35,455 bases of DNA from Rhodobacterales bacterium UBA7416 (GTDB lineage: Bacteria > Pseudomonadota > Alphaproteobacteria > Rhodobacterales > Rhodobacteraceae): the NCBI GenBank assembly GCA_002469545.1, contig DKMK01000105.1:1-35455 (forward strand). Direction: 5' to 3'. The notes under the pieces are model-generated. The model saw only the letters and a program-made list of their open reading frames with translations, did not search any database and had not been told where the DNA came from. This document shows, piece after piece, positions 9,264 through 17,909 of the stretch (positions are counted from its first letter, which is position 1; every line of letters starts with the position of its first letter). The position numbers and the translations under genes are program-made.

Positions 9264-11101
9264 TAAGCGTCTTCTTTTTGGAAGCGCTTAAACATGTTGC
9301 CCAAGATGTCAGGCTTGACGCCCTGTGTCCGCATGATTGTGTATTGCTGCAAGAATGTAAGCGTGTTGTTGGCAACCCAATAGATGACCAAACCAGACGC
9401 GAAACCACCCAGCATGAACATGAATACCCATGGCATCCAAGCGAAGATCATCGCCTGTGTTTTGTCCGTTGGTGCTGGGTTTAACTTTTGTTGCAACCAC
9501 ATTGTGATACCCATCAAGATCGGCCAAACGCCAATTGAAAGGATTGCAATAAAGCTGCTTGGATCTGGTGCATTCCATGGCAACAATCCGAAAAGGTTCA
9601 AGATTGATGACGGATCGGGCACTGACAAATCTTTCAACCAACCGATGAACGGTGCGTGGCGCAATTCCAATGTTACAAAAATAACTTTGTACAAAGAGAA
9701 GAAGATTGGAATTTGCAGCAAGATTGGCAAGCAACCAGCGGCAGGATTTACCTTTTTGGCGCGGTACAATTCCATCGTTGCCTTTTGCATGGCAGCTTTA
9801 TCGTCGCCGTGCTTTTCTTTCATTTTCTCCATTTCAGGCTGCAACTCTTTCATGCGGGCCATAGAGACGAATGATTTATAGGCCAATGGGAACAACAACG
9901 CTTTGATGATGAATGTTAGCGCAATAATTGCCCAACCCATGTTTCCGATGATGCCGTTTAAGAAGTGCAGCAATGCGAACATCGGTTTGGTAATAAAGAA
10001 GAACAAACCCCAGTCGATGCTGTCGATGAAATCGGTGACACCTGCGGAATTGCCGTACTCTTTGATTGTTGCATATTCTTTAGCACCCGCAAATAGGCGA
10101 GAGCTGACTTCGATTGTTTGACCAGCTGGAACCGCAATAATACCTTGGCGTGCTTCTGCTTGGTAGCGATCCGCGCCTTCGGTGTATTTAGAAACGGCTT
10201 TAAATGCAGCATTGTCTGGGATCAGTGTTGTCATCCAGTATTTACCAGTAAAGCCGATCCAGCCGTCTTTTGCGCTGTCTACGATTTTAAGGTTTGCGCG
10301 TTCTGCATCTGAATATGTTTCGTCAGGCATGTCCGAGTAATCGATTTCCTCAAGCGTTTCACCGTCTTGCAAAACGATACCCTCGTGAAGGATGTAAACA
10401 CCGCTGGTAGAGCTTTCTTTGCGGCCGTATGCGGCGCGTGCGATTGGGCCTTTTTGCGCGATCAAGCCGTATGGAGCCAATGCGATGTCGTTTGGCGAAT
10501 TGTTTTCAACACTTTGTGTGATGGAAAACATATAATCCGCATCGACGCTAATTGTACGGCGGAATAACAAACCTTTGCCGTTATCCCAGTTCAAGGTAAC
10601 GGGTGTATTTTCTGTCAGAGTTTGACCATTTTCAATGTTCCAAACTGTGTTGGCTGTTGGAACATCTTCAAAGCCCAGAGAACCAGCAGGCGAAAAGCCG
10701 TGCAAGATATAATATGCTGATGGGCCACCAGCAGGTGACAGCAATGTCACTTTTTCAGATTGATCGTTTAGACGAACATTGTAATCCAGCAATTTCAAAT
10801 CATCGATGCGTGCACCAGTCAGAGAAATTGAACCTTCGACGCGATCTGTTTTGATCGGCAGGCGTGTGGTTTTACCCAATGCAATATCACGTGTTTCTGT
10901 AGGTGTCGTTGCAATGGTCGGTGCCAAGGCCGTGTCGCTGGTTGCGGCTGGGACAGAAGCAATGCCAGTGTCTGACTGTGCTACCTGATCAGTTGCAGGT
11001 AATTGCGGTTGTTCTGGTGGAAAGAAGTAGAACCACGCCAGCAGTACCAGCATTGACAGCACAGTGGCCAGAATCATGTTTTTATTGTTATCGTCTTGCA
11101 T
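9263..11101 (-). CDS. yidC: Membrane protein insertase YidC
   Basis: IDWG, GCLPILLQIPIFF, GLVIYWVANN. Start at MQDDNNK preferred. Confidence 0.97.
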   Translation of the reverse strand: MQDDNNKNMILATVLSMLVLLAWFYFFPPEQPQLPATDQVAQSDTGIASVPAATSDTALAPTIATTPTETRDIALGKTTRLPIKTDRVEGSISLTGARIDDLKLLDYNVRLNDQSEKVTLLSPAGGPSAYYILHGFSPAGSLGFEDVPTANTVWNIENGQTLTENTPVTLNWDNGKGLLFRRTISVDADYMFSITQSVENNSPNDIALAPYGLIAQKGPIARAAYGRKESSTSGVYILHEGIVLQDGETLEEIDYSDMPDETYSDAERANLKIVDSAKDGWIGFTGKYWMTTLIPDNAAFKAVSKYTEGADRYQAEARQGIIAVPAGQTIEVSSRLFAGAKEYATIKEYGNSAGVTDFIDSIDWGLFFFITKPMFALLHFLNGIIGNMGWAIIALTFIIKALLFPLAYKSFVSMARMKELQPEMEKMKEKHGDDKAAMQKATMELYRAKKVNPAAGCLPILLQIPIFFSLYKVIFVTLELRHAPFIGWLKDLSVPDPSSILNLFGLLPWNAPDPSSFIAILSIGVWPILMGITMWLQQKLNPAPTDKTQAMIFAWMPWVFMFMLGGFASGLVIYWVANNTLTFLQQYTIMRTQGVKPDILGNMFKRFQKEDA

Positions 11102-11190
11102 TTTTTCGCCCAAATAACAGGAATTTTTATCTGGGTTGGTTCAATAGACAATTTGCCCAAAGGTCAAGGGGAATGCCTATTTATCCCTTC

Positions 11191-12030
11191 CTAATCTTCG
11201 GCGGGATTTGGGCGCGTAAGGCCAGCGAAATCAAACAGCTTTTCGTCCAGCAAATGGCTGGGTCGAATGTTGGTCAAGCTTTTGAATAAAATTTGACGCC
11301 GTCCAGGTGATGATGCTTCCCATCCGTCCAAGATTGCTTTGACTTGTTGGCGCTGTAAACCGTCTTGAGATCCGCATAGGTCGCAAGGGATAATTGGATA
11401 TTTCATGGCGCGCGCGAACTTTTCGCAGTCGGCTTCTGCCACGTGGGCAAGGGGGCGATAGACGAACAGATCGCCTTCGTCGTTGACCAGTTTTGGTGGC
11501 ATTGATGCCATGCGGCCACCGTGAAATAAGTTCATGAAAAACGTTTCTAATACGTCGTCGCGGTGGTGTCCTAGAACGACTGCTGAACAGCCTTCTTCGC
11601 GGGCGACGCGGTACAGGTTGCCACGGCGTAGGCGGCTACACATGGCGCAAAGTGTGCGCCCCTCGGGGACTTTGTCCATGACGATGGAATAGGTGTCTTG
11701 GTATTCGATCCGATTAGGGACGCCCATTTTTTCAAGAAATTCGGGTAAAACAGTAGCGGGGAAATTCGGTTGGCCTTGATCAAGGTTACAGGCCAAAATC
11801 TCTACTGGTAACAAGCCACGCCATTGAAGTTCTGTCAAAGCGGCCAACAGGGTATAGCTATCTTTGCCGCCGGAGAGGCAGACGAGCCATTTTTTGCCGC
11901 GCTCGATCATGCCGTATTGTTCCACGGCTTCGCGGGTTTGGCGGATGATGCGTTTGCGCAACTTCTTGAATTCGGTTGTGCTTGGCGCACCTTCGAACAA
12001 GGGATGGATTTCTGATTTTTCGTCTAACAT
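11191..12030 (-). CDS. ttcA: tRNA 2-thiocytidine(32) synthetase TtcA
   Basis: PP-loop [32 protein letters not shown]. Confidence 0.96.
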   Translation of the reverse strand: MLDEKSEIHPLFEGAPSTTEFKKLRKRIIRQTREAVEQYGMIERGKKWLVCLSGGKDSYTLLAALTELQWRGLLPVEILACNLDQGQPNFPATVLPEFLEKMGVPNRIEYQDTYSIVMDKVPEGRTLCAMCSRLRRGNLYRVAREEGCSAVVLGHHRDDVLETFFMNLFHGGRMASMPPKLVNDEGDLFVYRPLAHVAEADCEKFARAMKYPIIPCDLCGSQDGLQRQQVKAILDGWEASSPGRRQILFKSLTNIRPSHLLDEKLFDFAGLTRPNPAED

Positions 12031-12105
12031 GTTGGTCGCTATAGCGCGAAGTATAGGTTTTGACCAGACAATGAATCTGTCGATTTTTGGTGTCGGTTAT
12101 GCGTG

Positions 12106-12143
12106 GGACACGCGGCGGACATGTGGCGGGCAGGTGGGGGACA
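12106..12143. repeat. Four degenerate 11-bp direct repeats (GGACA core)
   Basis: GGACA at 12106, 12117 and 12139 and GGGCA at 12128; exact 11-nt period. Confidence 0.7.
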
Positions 12144-12221
12144 TTTTACAAAGTGAAAATTTGTGTTGCTTGTTGCCCCCGAAAAGCGTTGAGGTGATTT
12201 CAACACCCTTCAGAGAGATAT

Positions 12222-13091
12222 GTGATGAATAATTTTAGAGGCATCTTGTTGATGCTGGTCGCGATGGCTGGCTTTACTATGGAAGATTTGTTCGTAAAGA
12301 AATTGTCCGCAGATATTTCGACGGGACAGATATTGATGATGCTTGGTATTGGTAGCGGATTGGCGTTTGCGGTCATGGCCAAGTTCAAAGGGCACCGATT
12401 AACAGCGCGCAATTTTTGGACACGCGGGATGATATTGCGATTCGTAGCCGAAGGCATCGCAGCAGTCGCATTTGTTTTGTCATTGAAATTAATCCCGATT
12501 TCGACAGTGGCGGCTGTATTTCAGGTAACGCCATTGATGATCACCATGGGAGCGGCGTTGTTTTTAGGAGAGGCCGTTGGCTGGCGTCGTTGGGTGGCGA
12601 TTTTGGTCGGGCTTATGGGGGTTCTTATTATCATCCGACCTGGGATGAATACATTTGATCCAAATGTTGGGTTTATTTTGATCGCCGTTATTTTTGTGGT
12701 CGTTCGCGATTTGGTTACACGTGGATTACCTGCGAATGTGCCATCTACGGTAGTGTCATTTCAGGCATTTGTAGCATTGATTGTTGCGGGTGCATTGATG
12801 AACGCGCTGTTAGGAACACCGCTGAAATCGTTAGAGACTGCGCATATGATTTACGTTGTGGGCGGTATTATTTTCGGCGTTGCTGGATATTATTGTATTG
12901 TTGCGGCCACACGGATCGGCGAAGCCGCCGTGGTCACGCCATTTCGTTATGCGCGATTGTTGTTTTCGTTGATTGTTGGGTTTTTCGTGTTTCACGAACG
13001 CCCCGATATGTGGACGTTGATTGGCGCAGGAATTGTTATTGCCACGGGTGTTTTCACCGTATGGCGTGAACGCATTTTGGCGCGCCAGTAG
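12222..13091 (+). CDS. DMT/EamA family transporter
   Basis: About 10 hydrophobic segments with two EamA halves (LFLGEAVGWRRW; FVFHERPD). Confidence 0.92.
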   Translation: MMNNFRGILLMLVAMAGFTMEDLFVKKLSADISTGQILMMLGIGSGLAFAVMAKFKGHRLTARNFWTRGMILRFVAEGIAAVAFVLSLKLIPISTVAAVFQVTPLMITMGAALFLGEAVGWRRWVAILVGLMGVLIIIRPGMNTFDPNVGFILIAVIFVVVRDLVTRGLPANVPSTVVSFQAFVALIVAGALMNALLGTPLKSLETAHMIYVVGGIIFGVAGYYCIVAATRIGEAAVVTPFRYARLLFSLIVGFFVFHERPDMWTLIGAGIVIATGVFTVWRERILARQ

Positions 13092-13095
13092 ATTA

Positions 13096-14331
13096 TTATT
13101 TACAGTGCTTGGGTAACCAAAGGTTTGGCTTTTTGGCCAGACTGTTTCGCAAGAGTTCCATTTGTGCGCAGGGCACGCCAGCGCCCGATGCACCAGAATG
13201 GTACAGTTTTGGTAGGCCATGAAGCGGTGTGAAATCCGTGACCTTTGTATTGGAGAAACGGGCGGTGCGCATTACGGGTTTGTTTGACAGGGGCGAGATG
13301 TCTGTGAATGGTTCGTTTTTACCCATGAAATATTCAAGTTTATTTAAGTTTGTTAGTGCCGAAATATCCGCAATTTTATTACGGTCAATTTCCAGTTCAC
13401 GCAGGTTTTTAAATCGCTGAAGCCCATCCAAATCGATCAACGATCCCGCAGACCATAATTTCAATTCTTGCAGATATTGCAGATCGGGAATGTCGCGGAT
13501 GCTGTTTAGCGAAAGATCATGTAGTAACATGCTTTCCATCTTTGGGAACTTTGACAGGCCGCTGAAATCGGCAAGGTTTGGAATGCGGGCCAATGACAAG
13601 TGTTTTAGGTTCGGCAAGTTGGCCAAGCCATCCAAATTCGTCAGGTCCACATCAACAATGCGTAAGCTTTCCAAGCTGTACATGTCCCACAGTGCATCCA
13701 AATCAGTGGGTGTGTAGCAAATCAGCTTTTTTAGGTCACTGGTGCGGGTCACACCTTGGTCGGTCATGTGTTTATTGATGCAGGCGTCAAATTTGCCAAT
13801 GGGCGTCAGCAATGGGCTTTCTTTCTTGTCGTTCACGCCAAGTGCTGAAAATTCATATGCCAACAGGGCAACACATATGGCGACCCCGCACATCGCAATA
13901 TATTTACCCCAGCGGCGACCCAAAACAGAACCGATAATAATAAGAATGATCGCCGGAAATAACCAAAAGGCCATAAACCCGCCGTATGTGTTTTTGCCCT
14001 TGGGATCGGGGTTCACATAGATGGTGGTTTGTGTGCCGATTAACCGTTCGCACCAGCCTTTGTTGGAAAAACGTATGAAGCCGCGTGCGGTTTCCCCACC
14101 GATAGTTTGGGCAACAGGTACGTGGACGTAACGTTGATCACGGCCTGTGCGCTTACCTGTGCGAATTGCCCATGATCCATGGCATTCTGTCACGACCGCA
14201 TCTTGTGCGTCGTGGGTCAAGATGATGCGTGTGGTGTTGAATAGGATATAAATTGAAATGCCAGCCAAGACCGCAACGACAAGTAATCCGATGCCCCAAC
14301 CAAGAGGCGATTTTTTAAATAGTTTCAACAT
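13096..14331 (-). CDS. Membrane-anchored leucine-rich repeat protein
   Basis: Three predicted TM segments, then internalin-like repeats (LxxLxxLxLxx, e.g. LANLPNLKHLSL, LQRFKNLRELEI, LTNLNKLEYF). ATG at 14331. Confidence 0.8.
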   Translation of the reverse strand: MLKLFKKSPLGWGIGLLVVAVLAGISIYILFNTTRIILTHDAQDAVVTECHGSWAIRTGKRTGRDQRYVHVPVAQTIGGETARGFIRFSNKGWCERLIGTQTTIYVNPDPKGKNTYGGFMAFWLFPAIILIIIGSVLGRRWGKYIAMCGVAICVALLAYEFSALGVNDKKESPLLTPIGKFDACINKHMTDQGVTRTSDLKKLICYTPTDLDALWDMYSLESLRIVDVDLTNLDGLANLPNLKHLSLARIPNLADFSGLSKFPKMESMLLHDLSLNSIRDIPDLQYLQELKLWSAGSLIDLDGLQRFKNLRELEIDRNKIADISALTNLNKLEYFMGKNEPFTDISPLSNKPVMRTARFSNTKVTDFTPLHGLPKLYHSGASGAGVPCAQMELLRNSLAKKPNLWLPKHCK

Positions 14332-14338
14332 AAAATGT

Positions 14339-14374
14339 GACGCACCCAATTGTTGTTCAACAATAAGGTGCGTC
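14339..14374 (-). terminator. Long hairpin after creatinase (terminator or RNA stability element)
   Basis: GACGCACC-ca-ATTGTTG-tt-CAACAAT-aa-GGTGCGTC; short U tract on the minus strand. Confidence 0.65.
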
Positions 14375-14385
14375 GGTTTTTAGAA

Positions 14386-15609
14386 TCAAGCCCCGATAAT
14401 GTTGTGTTCTGGGCCGTATGGGAATTTGGTGATATTTTCGACGTTACCGTCCTGCAAGATCAAGATGTCATGTTCACGATATCCACCACGTGCTGGATCA
14501 CTGTCTGGTAATGTTACCATTGGCTCCATTGAAACAACCATGTGTGATGTCAGTTCTGTGTCGATGTCTTCACGCAGTTCCAAACCTGCTTCGCGACCAT
14601 AGTAGTGTGACAACACACCAAACGAGTGGCCGTAGCCAAAGCTGCGGTATTGCAGCAGATTGTGGCGTTCAAACAGGGCGTTGATTTCATGGGTGATGCC
14701 TGAACATGTGGCGCCTTCTTTGATCAGCGATATACCCAATTCATGGGCTTCGACGTTTGCTTCCCAAACGCGCAGGCTCTCTTTGTTTGGTTCACCGATG
14801 AACAATGTGCGTTCAAGGGCGGTGTAGTAGCCAGAAATCATCGGGAAGGTGTTTAGCGATAAAATATCGCCTTTGACCAATTTGCGCGATGTGACTGGAT
14901 TGTGTGCGCCATCTGTGTTGACGCCAGATTGGAACCAGACCCATGTGTCGCGCAATTCGCTGTCTGGGAATGATTTTGCGATTTCCAATTCCATCGCGTC
15001 ACGACCCGCCATAGCGATATCGATTTCGCGCGCACCGACACGGATGGCATCACGGATGGCGAAGCCACCAACGTCTGCCACGCGCGCGCCTTCGCGGATC
15101 AAATCCAATTCGGCGTTTGATTTAATCATGCGCTGTTGCATGGATGCGGGGGCGATGTCTTCTGTTTTTAGAGGTTCCAAGAAATCGGTCATTTTGTTTT
15201 GCTGAACCATTGTTAAATGGTCGCCTTCCATGCCGATTGCGCCGGCGTTACCGACACAGTTTTTCACCGCGCGCCAGAAGTTGTCGCGTTTCCAATCTGA
15301 ATAGATGACGTTGTCGGTGGCCGATTGACGTGCAGGTTGACCGCCGTCGATGCCAGCCGAAATTGTGAATGCGCGGTCATGTGTGACAACACATGCGTAA
15401 GGGCGACCAAATGAGCAGTATGTGAAGCCTGTGTAGTATGACACGCAATGCATGGATGTCAGAACGACCGCTTCAAGACCTTTGTCAGCCATGATTTTAC
15501 GCAGGCCGTTTAGGCGTGCATCATATTCTGATTGGGCAAATTGTAGGGGTGGTTTTTCACCGTTTTCAAACGTGTAAAAGTCCGCGCGGGTAGAGAGTGT
15601 TGTTTCCAT
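14386..15609 (-). CDS. Creatinase (creatine amidinohydrolase, M24 fold)
   Basis: YCSFGRPY, TWVWFQSGVNTDGAHNPVT, YYTALERT, GYGHSFGVLSHYYGREAGLELREDI and GGYREHDIL...NITKFPYGPE match creatinase signatures. Confidence 0.93.
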   Translation of the reverse strand: METTLSTRADFYTFENGEKPPLQFAQSEYDARLNGLRKIMADKGLEAVVLTSMHCVSYYTGFTYCSFGRPYACVVTHDRAFTISAGIDGGQPARQSATDNVIYSDWKRDNFWRAVKNCVGNAGAIGMEGDHLTMVQQNKMTDFLEPLKTEDIAPASMQQRMIKSNAELDLIREGARVADVGGFAIRDAIRVGAREIDIAMAGRDAMELEIAKSFPDSELRDTWVWFQSGVNTDGAHNPVTSRKLVKGDILSLNTFPMISGYYTALERTLFIGEPNKESLRVWEANVEAHELGISLIKEGATCSGITHEINALFERHNLLQYRSFGYGHSFGVLSHYYGREAGLELREDIDTELTSHMVVSMEPMVTLPDSDPARGGYREHDILILQDGNVENITKFPYGPEHNIIGA

Positions 15610-15610
15610 C

Positions 15611-15702
15611 GTATCCTCCGATAGTGGGGATACATGAACATCCCCAACGAAATGTCCGGGCGTTCAGGACATAAAGTGAAGATCAGACGACGCCATCGTC
15701 TG
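15611..15702 (-). promoter_or_regulatory. Structured 5' leader of creatinase (candidate cis-regulatory RNA)
   Basis: Three consecutive hairpins plus an alternative stem pairing with the GGAGGAUAC SD region. Confidence 0.5.
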
Positions 15703-15784
15703 TGATATTTGAATGCCATAGAATTCGATTCGGTGCTACTTCAAAAACGGCACCAAGCTTGTTTTGAGCGGCACGATTTTTTGC

Positions 15785-16099
15785 TTAGGTTGATCGTTGA
15801 TACAATTCGTTTTGTGCAACGATAGTATAAATGGCTTCATTCGCACCTTGCTTATCTAATCTTGAGACGGCTTCTGAATGTATTACGTTCCAATCTTGAC
15901 CAATGCGTGACAATAAGAATTTGTATAATGGCGTGTAATCTAGACCACGTTGTTCACGTCCATGCATTGAGCCATTTGAGCCGCCTTTTGTGCGGCGGTC
16001 TTTGGCCTTGCGATCCCATTTGGCTTTACCGCCAGAGTTGTGATGAACGCCTCGCGCCTTGGTGTTCACTTTGCGATATAAAGGTTTTTTCTCATACAT
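15785..16099 (-). CDS. Hypothetical basic protein, possibly C-terminally truncated
   Basis: 104-aa ORF right after yidD on the same strand; KPLYRKVN...GLDYTPLYKFLLS..G.DW...HSEAVSRLD looks like a conserved hypothetical family. Confidence 0.65.
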   Translation of the reverse strand: MYEKKPLYRKVNTKARGVHHNSGGKAKWDRKAKDRRTKGGSNGSMHGREQRGLDYTPLYKFLLSRIGQDWNVIHSEAVSRLDKQGANEAIYTIVAQNELYQRST

Positions 16100-16113
16100 A
16101 GCTAAATCATAAC

Positions 16114-16335
16114 TTAATCAGGAACGTTATCAATCCCCGACTTACCCCACGGATGACATCGCGCAACGCGCCGCGCGGCAAGCCATGATCCTTTGATCGC
16201 GCCATGTTTTTCCAACGCTTCCAATGCATAGGCAGAACAGGTGGGGTGATAGCGACAGTTGAAACCAACCCATGGGCTGAAGATTAAACGATACGCGCGT
16301 ACGGGCAGGGCGCAGATATGGGCGAGGGGGGTCAT
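16114..16335 (-). CDS. yidD: Membrane protein insertion efficiency factor YidD
   Basis: [10 protein letters not shown]...HGAIKG...RCHPWG..G.D.VP. Confidence 0.95.
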   Translation of the reverse strand: MTPLAHICALPVRAYRLIFSPWVGFNCRYHPTCSAYALEALEKHGAIKGSWLAARRVARCHPWGKSGIDNVPD

Positions 16336-16733
16336 TCATGCACCTTTTTCAGCGCATATTTTAGATCACCCTGTAAATCCGTAAATTCCCGCGTTGCGGT
16401 CACGTCGCGTTTGCCGATCAACACATAATCCCAACCGGGGCGGGCGCGCGTGCCTAAACCCAGTCGTGCGATTTCGCGCAGGCGGCGTTTGGCGCGGTTG
16501 CGGGCAACGGCGTTGCCGACTTTTTTCGAACAGGTGTATCCGATGCGGATGGTGTCTGTGTCGTCCATGCGATTGCGTGCTTGGATCATGAATCCTTTGA
16601 CGCCCCAACGTTTGGCGCGTGATGCGGCAATGAAATCGGCGCGTTCAGTGATGGTCACCAGACAAACGGAAACCGCCGGTGGCGTTGCACCAGCGCCCTG
16701 TTGGGTACTTGATGTCGCCTCCGGCGGTTCCAT
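16332..16733 (-). CDS. rnpA: Ribonuclease P protein component
   Basis: [28 protein letters not shown] at 16733. Confidence 0.95.
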   Translation of the reverse strand: MEPPEATSSTQQGAGATPPAVSVCLVTITERADFIAASRAKRWGVKGFMIQARNRMDDTDTIRIGYTCSKKVGNAVARNRAKRRLREIARLGLGTRARPGWDYVLIGKRDVTATREFTDLQGDLKYALKKVHE

Positions 16734-16756
16734 AATCAATTCCCTGACGGGATCGT

Positions 16757-16891
16757 TTACGCTGAAAGGCTCTTACGGCCTTGAACGCGACGACGGTTTA
16801 GAATCTTGCGACCATTCTTAGTCGCCATGCGTGAGCGAAAGCCGTGGCGGCGTTTGCGAACCAAGTTAGATGGTTGGTATGTACGTTTCAT
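16757..16891 (-). CDS. rpmH: 50S ribosomal protein L34
   Basis: Below the ORF track cutoff; hand translation [44 protein letters not shown]; AGGAG SD. Confidence 0.98.
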   Translation of the reverse strand: MKRTYQPSNLVRKRRHGFRSRMATKNGRKILNRRRVQGRKSLSA

Positions 16892-17168
16892 TTCGATCTC
16901 CTGATCGTCTTAGGGCCAAATCTCAAGGGATTCGAAGCCCCTTTAGTGTTCTGTGGTTGCTCTTAGGGGTAATGGGGGGGGTAGTCAATTCAGTTTTGTA
17001 CAGTTTTGTTGCAATGTGGCGCAAATTTTTGACCCCATATTGAAATGTTATGGGCTTACTACATCCATTTTTGAAACATATCCACACAAACGATCAATGA
17101 CCCGTGAGGTATCTGGCGTAACACGCAACAATGATCCAAGTAGGATGAAACATATTAAGGGGATCGCC

Positions 17169-17909
17169 ATGAGCGGTGAAGTTTCGAAAAAGGGTTTTAG
17201 CGTCAAACGCGTGCTGCCGTTAGTGGTTATCGCATGTGTTGCCGTGATTGGGGCAATGACTCTAAAGGATTATTTGTCTTTTGATGCACTGGCTGACAAT
17301 CGCGAAGCATTGTTAGCGTGGCGTGATAGTAATTATCTGTCGGCGGTGCTTGGGTTTATCGCACTTTATATCGTTGTCGTTGCGTTTTCTTTGCCGGGGG
17401 CCACGGTGATGACATTGGCGGGTGGTTTTCTGTTCGCGACGTTCCCGGGCGCGTTGTTTAATATTTTGGCAGCAACAATTGGTGCGACCATGATTTTTCT
17501 GGCAGCAAAATCATCACTGGGCGATATCCTGTATGCCAAAATCCAAACAGATGACGGTAAAGAAAGCATTTTGGAAAAGATGGAGGCTGAATTGCGTGAG
17601 AATGAAATCAGCTATCTGCTGATTTTGCGTCTTGTCCCTGCGGTGCCATTTTTTGTGTGTAACCTTGCGCCTGCGTTTTTGGGAGTAAAGTTGCGTGCTT
17701 TTGCCATTACGACGTTTTTTGGCATCATGCCGGGCACTGTGGTTTTCACATCAATCGGGGCTGGTCTGGGAGAAGTATTTGCGCGCGGCGAAACGCCCGA
17801 TCTGGGGATCATATTTGAACCACACATTTTGGGGCCAATCATTGGTCTGGCTGTTTTGGCTGCTGTGCCAATCATTATAAAGAAATTCAAAAAAGGGGCA
17901 GAATCATGA
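17169..17909 (+). CDS. TVP38/TMEM64 (DedA/VTT domain) membrane protein
   Basis: SLPGATVMTLAGGFLF, LRLVPAVPFF..N, GIMPGT. ATG at 17169 after AAGGGG. Confidence 0.9.
   Translation: MSGEVSKKGFSVKRVLPLVVIACVAVIGAMTLKDYLSFDALADNREALLAWRDSNYLSAVLGFIALYIVVVAFSLPGATVMTLAGGFLFATFPGALFNILAATIGATMIFLAAKSSLGDILYAKIQTDDGKESILEKMEAELRENEISYLLILRLVPAVPFFVCNLAPAFLGVKLRAFAITTFFGIMPGTVVFTSIGAGLGEVFARGETPDLGIIFEPHILGPIIGLAVLAAVPIIIKKFKKGAES

Noticed and set aside
15611-15702. Known guanidine-II/III riboswitch
   Set aside because: No ACGR-loop hairpin pair on the mRNA strand; the faint guanidine-III resemblance is on the wrong strand.
15510-15719. Arg-rich upstream ORF (MAFKYHRRWRR) as a creatinase leader peptide
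   Set aside because: No evident SD and it overlaps creatinase by 100 nt out of frame. Not supportable without Ribo-seq.
15748-15784. Sigma-54 promoter-like GGCAC...TTGC
   Set aside because: Spacing is GG-N11-GC (or GG-N10-GT) and it faces away from creatinase.
16953-17168. Long N-terminal extension of the DedA ORF (likewise glnD 29607-29711 and ferredoxin 6145-6174)
   Set aside because: Upstream in-frame starts lack SDs or overlap neighbouring genes; downstream ATGs fit better.
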